A DNA stretch of 64,000 nucleotides. It comes from Candidatus Poribacteria bacterium (GTDB taxonomy: Bacteria; Poribacteria; WGA-4E; WGA-3G). A program made the translations under genes and the position numbers. The notes under the pieces were generated by a model. That model ran no database searches and was not told the DNA's origin. It saw only the letters and a program-made list of their open reading frames with translations. Of the stretch, positions 59,279 to 64,000 are shown piece by piece. The stretch's first letter is position 1. The number at the start of each line of letters is the position of its first letter. Location of the stretch: NCBI GenBank assembly GCA_963664215.1, contig OY761014.1, one strand, 5' to 3'.

Positions 59279-60267
59279 ACGACCTAAGAACCCAGTTACC
59301 ACAGTGTCCGCTTGAATACCAAGTCCCGCACATTCCCGCTTCACACACCGCACTCGTGATTGAGATCAACGCTGCCGACATCGAGTGGCAGGAGAAGATG
59401 CTCCCCTGGACGCTCGCGGGGCTTATCAACAATACCGACATCGTGATGAAAGGCGTGCATCTCTACATCGCTTGCGAGGACGGGACCCAAGAACGCATCA
59501 GAACCGCACTCAAGAAAATCGATCTGCCGCCCGGCACCCTCATCACGAAAAACCCGGAAAGCAACCAACCGCTTATCCTCTTCGGAAATTACGGACACAG
59601 GTACGATTCCGTCTGTATCCTTGACGTTAACTACTGGGCGTTCCGTGGTATCGGTAAACGCCAAGACGCCTCCGACATTAAACTCCCCTTTGGACACGTC
59701 CTACGCCATACCTGGGGCTGGGCTGTCGCAGATGTCAGTCTCCACCACGAAAACGATATGGATGTTAAAGACACTTGGGTTCGGATGTCTGAACAAGAAA
59801 GTGGGAGGGGTTTTCAACCCCGAAATCCCCTACGCCAAAAACTCGCCAAGCATCTCATCGGCGCAGCAGAACGAGCGAAATGGCTCCACGCTGCGAACTG
59901 TGCTGTCCATGGAGAGGACTACGAAAAGAAAGATCAGAACGTCGCCGCCTACTTCTTCAATGAAACCGAAGCGAACTGGCATTTCGACACGTCCCTCCTG
60001 CACTACAGTGCCGCTGAAGTGAATACGCCTTACTTCGCCGAATGGGCACCCGAATGGAAGCACCTTGGCACCGAGGCACTCATCGCGCTCTGGCTGCTGA
60101 AGACAAAACAACACGCCTATAACCTTCAAGACTCGCTCATGATAGAGTCCAACTACACCCGAGCCCAATATCCCCGGTTGTGTAATATGGAATTCGCGGA
60201 TGCCAAGCAATTCAGTTTTGCCGCAAAGGAACTCCTGGGCGCACAACTGAACATTGCGATGAATTGA
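59275..60267 (+). CDS. Hypothetical protein, weak GT-A glycosyltransferase-like pattern; contains an in-frame REP
   Basis: LPWTLAGL..HLYIACED..YDSVCILDVN; REP at 59801-59828 read as SGRGFQPRNP. Confidence 0.55.
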   Translation: MNDLRTQLPQCPLEYQVPHIPASHTALVIEINAADIEWQEKMLPWTLAGLINNTDIVMKGVHLYIACEDGTQERIRTALKKIDLPPGTLITKNPESNQPLILFGNYGHRYDSVCILDVNYWAFRGIGKRQDASDIKLPFGHVLRHTWGWAVADVSLHHENDMDVKDTWVRMSEQESGRGFQPRNPLRQKLAKHLIGAAERAKWLHAANCAVHGEDYEKKDQNVAAYFFNETEANWHFDTSLLHYSAAEVNTPYFAEWAPEWKHLGTEALIALWLLKTKQHAYNLQDSLMIESNYTRAQYPRLCNMEFADAKQFSFAAKELLGAQLNIAMN

Positions 60268-60511
60268 ACGGTAGTGTAAACTTCCAGCTTGCATCTTTAT
60301 GACAGACTTAACACCCCAGCAACTCCTACACGTCCGATTACACGACGCTTGCCGATATGCGAAATTGCTCAGACAGAATGCCGGACATCCCGAAGGGGTC
60401 ATCTACGTAATTCAGGGCATTTGGGGCGATGAAGTCGCTAACATCGTTGAAAGCACGCAGGACACAGGATACGAGTTGCCAAAACACATCTTTGAAGGGA
60501 AACCAAACAAC

Positions 60512-60940
60512 ATGTCAAATCACCAAACGCAATCCTCCGACACGCCCAGCAACGCGGTAACGCCTATCGGGGAAAATCCTGAGAGTGAGACACCCGATGC
60601 ATTGGCGCAAAAAGTGGAACGCCTCGAACGCAGAACATCGACCCTTGAGATACTACTCAATGATGTCATGATACACATAGATAACCCCTCTAAAAGTGAG
60701 AATCAATTTGCATCGAAACAAAAACCAAAACCGAAGCAGAAGATGAACGCTCCAGATATTAAAGAGAGGATCTTAGCGTATCTCAGCACAGAAACGACAC
60801 CGAAGGGCACGCGTGTGATTGCACAAGCGACTCGATCAAAGTTTCAAGAGACAAAAATTGCGCTTCGCCAACTTCGGGATTCCCAAAAAATTGTCTACAT
60901 CGAAAATGAAGGATACCAACGAAAGGACCGGACAGGATAA
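60512..60940 (+). CDS. Coiled-coil plus C-terminal winged-helix protein
   Basis: KERILAYLSTE..GTRVIAQAT..LRQLRDSQKIVY; SD gaaggga; upstream start at 60299 also possible. Confidence 0.55.
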   Translation: MSNHQTQSSDTPSNAVTPIGENPESETPDALAQKVERLERRTSTLEILLNDVMIHIDNPSKSENQFASKQKPKPKQKMNAPDIKERILAYLSTETTPKGTRVIAQATRSKFQETKIALRQLRDSQKIVYIENEGYQRKDRTG

Positions 60941-60944
60941 AAAG

Positions 60945-61262
60945 ATGCCGAAAGTCTACAACAAACGTCGCCCTCGTGAAATACCGGAAGATGCCGTTTA
61001 CGTCGGCAGACCCTCCAAATGGGGCAACCCCTATAAGGAAACCTCCAAAACCAAAACACGAGAACAAGCCATTCAGGAGTTCCAAACCTATGCCGAGCTC
61101 AAGGATTTTTATGAGAAAGATTGGTTGGAACCGCTCAGAGGTAAGAATCTCGTGTGTTGGTGTTCACCGTTACCGTGCCACGCCGATGTCCTCCTGCGAA
61201 TGGCAAACGAGGATATAGAAACCAAACGCGCACGACACGCAGAAATCGGATGGCCCACATGA
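60945..61262 (+). CDS. DUF4326-family protein
   Basis: VYVGRPSKWGNPY...LRGKNLVCWCSPLPCHADVL. Confidence 0.85.
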   Translation: MPKVYNKRRPREIPEDAVYVGRPSKWGNPYKETSKTKTREQAIQEFQTYAELKDFYEKDWLEPLRGKNLVCWCSPLPCHADVLLRMANEDIETKRARHAEIGWPT

Positions 61263-61675
61263 ACAGCATCCAACTCCGCAACGAAAACAAATTCCGAACC
61301 CCCATCTACGGACGCAATTTCCAAGGCACGACCACCTGCGTCGGCGCACTTTACCCAGAAGGCAACGTTCAAGTCTATTGGACCTGGAAATGGTTCGATT
61401 TTCAGAAGGATGGGGTGTTCAGACAGGGATCCCGACACTGCGGCTTCCAATTCCAAAACGTAGGACACCTCATCGGGATGTGGGATACCCGTGAGATTAT
61501 CACTGGACTGCCCTACGACTTTTCGCATCTCATCACGACACACTTCGCTGAGTTTTACAAAAAGCACATGACAACCTTCGTCCTCTCCGAGAAAGACCGC
61601 GAGGCACTCGGTATCTCCGAAGAAGAATACATCCGCGCCAACAAAACCGTTTGGGGCGAAAACTGGTGTTCGTAG
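61259..61675 (+). CDS. Hypothetical phage protein
   Basis: ATGA coupling to the DUF4326 gene; 138 aa. Confidence 0.6.
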   Translation: MNSIQLRNENKFRTPIYGRNFQGTTTCVGALYPEGNVQVYWTWKWFDFQKDGVFRQGSRHCGFQFQNVGHLIGMWDTREIITGLPYDFSHLITTHFAEFYKKHMTTFVLSEKDREALGISEEEYIRANKTVWGENWCS

Positions 61676-61834
61676 TGGTGCGATTCATCGCACATTCCCT
61701 AAGCGCGTAGCTCGTAATGAAATTATGCCTTTAATGGCATAATTTGTCTTAGCTTTACATTTGGAGAGCGGATATACGGAATGGAACGAGAAAGTCCTAA
61801 CCCTCCTAAACGAACCGCAAGGAAAATTAAAAGT

Positions 61835-62206
61835 ATGAAACACTATAAAGCGGACATCTCCGTCCGACGTGTCGGCATCACGACCGCCCCGAAAATACCG
61901 CCTGACCATCCAAACGTCCGATTCTCAACCTGCCTGCACCGCGAAGGCTTTCCAGCAAGCGACATCACCGAAGCACGCCAGCACGCCATCCATCTCGTCG
62001 AAAACCCAAGCACCCCCGAATTCCAAGAGTGCCTCGACTTCTACTTCGTGCCCTTCAAAACCCTAAAGTGGCACGACTGGACAGATCCCATCGAACCCGA
62101 AGGCGAAACGCAGATCCATTCCTGCAGCAGCCATCCCTTCCTCGTCGGGGTTTTCAAATGGATCGTCACACTCCTCGTTTACGAGGTAGAAGTTTCTAAT
62201 AACTGA
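61835..62206 (+). CDS. Hypothetical phage protein
   Basis: ATG directly after the 65-bp dispersed element. Confidence 0.55.
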   Translation: MKHYKADISVRRVGITTAPKIPPDHPNVRFSTCLHREGFPASDITEARQHAIHLVENPSTPEFQECLDFYFVPFKTLKWHDWTDPIEPEGETQIHSCSSHPFLVGVFKWIVTLLVYEVEVSNN

Positions 62207-62252
62207 CATGCCCTCCCCCGCTGGCGAGGTTTCCTAACCTCGCCTCTGATGA

Positions 62253-62304
62253 CTGACCACTTTTTTCCAAATGTTATTGCTATTTTATTGTAAATCAGCA
62301 TATC
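62253..62304 (-). repeat. ~50-bp conserved site (copy 3 of 3, inverted)
   Basis: Reverse complement gatatgctgatttacaataaaatagcaataacatttggaaaaaagtggtcag. Confidence 0.8.
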
Positions 62305-62472
62305 ACATCTCCGAATCCCCTGCTGTCCAGTCCGAAATCCCCTATATACTTAAGACATTAGAAAGTGTTAGAGCATCCGTAAAGTTGGGCAGTTGCACAC
62401 CTGCACACGTGCACACTTTCGTTAGCACAAATCCGGCATTGAGAGGACATAGATTCTGAATTAGAGAATAAA

Positions 62473-62622
62473 ATGGAATTTTTCAACGACGTATGGCAGC
62501 TCAAAAAAGCGGAACTCGCATTTATGGCAGAACACTGGAGTCTCTATCTCGTCCTCGGGATCGGTCTTATCTGCTTGTGTGTTTACGTCCATTTCTCCAA
62601 GGATGACGACAATGAATTATAG
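62473..62622 (+). CDS. 49-aa single-TM peptide (not in the ORF track)
   Basis: MEFFNDVWQLKKAELAFMAEHWSLYLVLGIGLICLCVYVHFSKDDDNEL*. Confidence 0.45.
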   Translation: MEFFNDVWQLKKAELAFMAEHWSLYLVLGIGLICLCVYVHFSKDDDNEL

Positions 62623-62793
62623 GTATAGACGCGCACAGCAACGCAATTGGGAGATTGAGATTCATCAGTGGTTCCGGCTTTTCATGGAATTTCTCTATAA
62701 GCTACAGGATGAAAGATCATGAAACTCACCGTTCATATAAAGAAAATATACATATCTAGCCGATATGTATAAAAATTCGTAAAAAGTATACAT

Positions 62794-63006
62794 ATGAAAG
62801 TCACGGTTCACGATATTCGGATTAATTGTCCCAAGCACGGCACAGTCCCCTACACCGCAACCTCCGATCCTATCGGTGAGGTGGTAACCACGTACTGCCC
62901 GCGGTGTGAGGATGAAGCTCGGAAGCAACACCAGCATCAAAATTCACCGTATCCACTCCAAGGGACATCACCGTCTGTGCTTGATTTCTGCACCCGCGGC
63001 GACTGA
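62794..63006 (+). CDS. Small zinc-ribbon protein
   Basis: CPKHG...YCPRC. Confidence 0.5.
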   Translation: MKVTVHDIRINCPKHGTVPYTATSDPIGEVVTTYCPRCEDEARKQHQHQNSPYPLQGTSPSVLDFCTRGD

Positions 63007-63197
63007 GGATAACACACATCGACCGTCGGTCGATCCCCAAGCGCGGTTTCCTAACCTCACCGATGTAGCGTGTATAAGTAATTCTGAGATCCACTTTAAC
63101 CCAGGCGCGAAGTCCCAAACAACGTTTGGGACGGCTCTACGGAAATGAACATCATATCCCAGAACCGCCTCAACGAACCGCAAGGAAAAATAAAAAG

Positions 63198-63818
63198 ATG
63201 AAGAAAGTGAGAATATCTTGTGATGTGACGCTGAAATTGCGTCAACACCTCGACGCACAAGCCAAGGAAAACGGTATCTCCAGAGCGAAATTCATTGAGA
63301 CCGCCGTCCAAGACAAAATTGAAGGCTTCAACGTCCACAAAGAGAACAAGCGACTCACCGAAGCCCACGTCCAGGCAGAGCGGGACATCTTAGCCGAAGA
63401 ACAGCGCGCCGCCAGACTCAAAGACGAGCGCGACCGCTTGGCATCCGAGAAAGAGCAGCTCACCGTCAAACACACCGACCGCATCAAAGAGATCGCCTCC
63501 GCCCTCGGTGTCCCCGACACGATCGGGCACATCAAGCAACGCATTGCGGAACTCAACGAGAAATGCGAGCAGCTGGAACGCGAGAAAACCGAACTCACCG
63601 AACAGCGTGATGAATTCGAGAGACTCCTACACGCCGAAACAGATGCATATAATAAATGCTATGCGCGCGCGGAATCGCTGAAAAATGAACGCAACCGCTT
63701 CAAAGCACAGGCTGAAGAAGTGAAATCCAAATTTAATACCTGTAGCGAGAAACTCACGCTTCTTCTGACGCGCAACTGGTGGGATCGTCTCTGGAATAAA
63801 CTGCCGTGGGTGGAATAG
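63198..63818 (+). CDS. RHH plus long coiled-coil protein with amphipathic WWxRLW tail
   Basis: VRISCDVT..HLDAQAKENGISRAKFIETAV; heptads; RNWWDRLWNK. Confidence 0.7.
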   Translation: MKKVRISCDVTLKLRQHLDAQAKENGISRAKFIETAVQDKIEGFNVHKENKRLTEAHVQAERDILAEEQRAARLKDERDRLASEKEQLTVKHTDRIKEIASALGVPDTIGHIKQRIAELNEKCEQLEREKTELTEQRDEFERLLHAETDAYNKCYARAESLKNERNRFKAQAEEVKSKFNTCSEKLTLLLTRNWWDRLWNKLPWVE

Positions 63819-64000
63819 CAACGATGCTCCATTTCCGATACACCTATACTCGCCACAATCGCGAGGGCGAAGTTATCGCGGACGACACCGGTACCCTCAA
63901 GGGGTACACGACGAAATCCGTCAAACTCACCCTCGTGAAAAGATTTCGACTCCAGGGCACCGGTGGTAACTGGACACGCCTCCCCAACGGCACGCACAAA

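Larger units (their letters stand above)
24914..64000. mobile_element. Siphovirus-like prophage (left boundary approximate; extends beyond the window)
   Basis: Canonical order of terminase, portal, protease, capsid, neck, tail tube, chaperones, tape measure and tail tip on the - strand; small early genes on the + strand; no integrase or att site seen. Confidence 0.92.

Overview
The left ~24.9 kb looks like chromosome of a Candidatus Poribacteria-like bacterium. This is inferred from recalled family signatures: 'NYPNPFNPETWIPY...YWDG...ASGxYFYQL' sorting tails, 'GKLTSTWGELK' C-termini and dense palindromic repeats. It carries a NitT/TauT-type ABC transporter and a B12-dependent radical SAM gene. 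It also has a frameshifted pair of DUF1670-like genes, a WD40 secreted protein, three mosaic tandem lamin-tail surface-protein paralogues plus a collapsed inverted remnant, and a 1235-aa secreted protein. From about 24.9 kb to the window end lies a siphovirus-like prophage. Its late operon (terminase to tail tip) is on the - strand and its small early genes are on the + strand; no integrase, att site or endolysin is visible. Two observations stand out. (1) Three antisense GIY-YIG endonuclease cassettes each have a consensus sigma70 promoter followed immediately by a pseudoknotted RNA leader, and the same fold with unrelated sequence occurs upstream of a host gene. (2) A GTGG-hairpin REP-like element sits in frame inside several phage proteins, in three different reading frames. 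All RNA structures were paired by eye and all family assignments come from motif recall; nothing was computed or searched.
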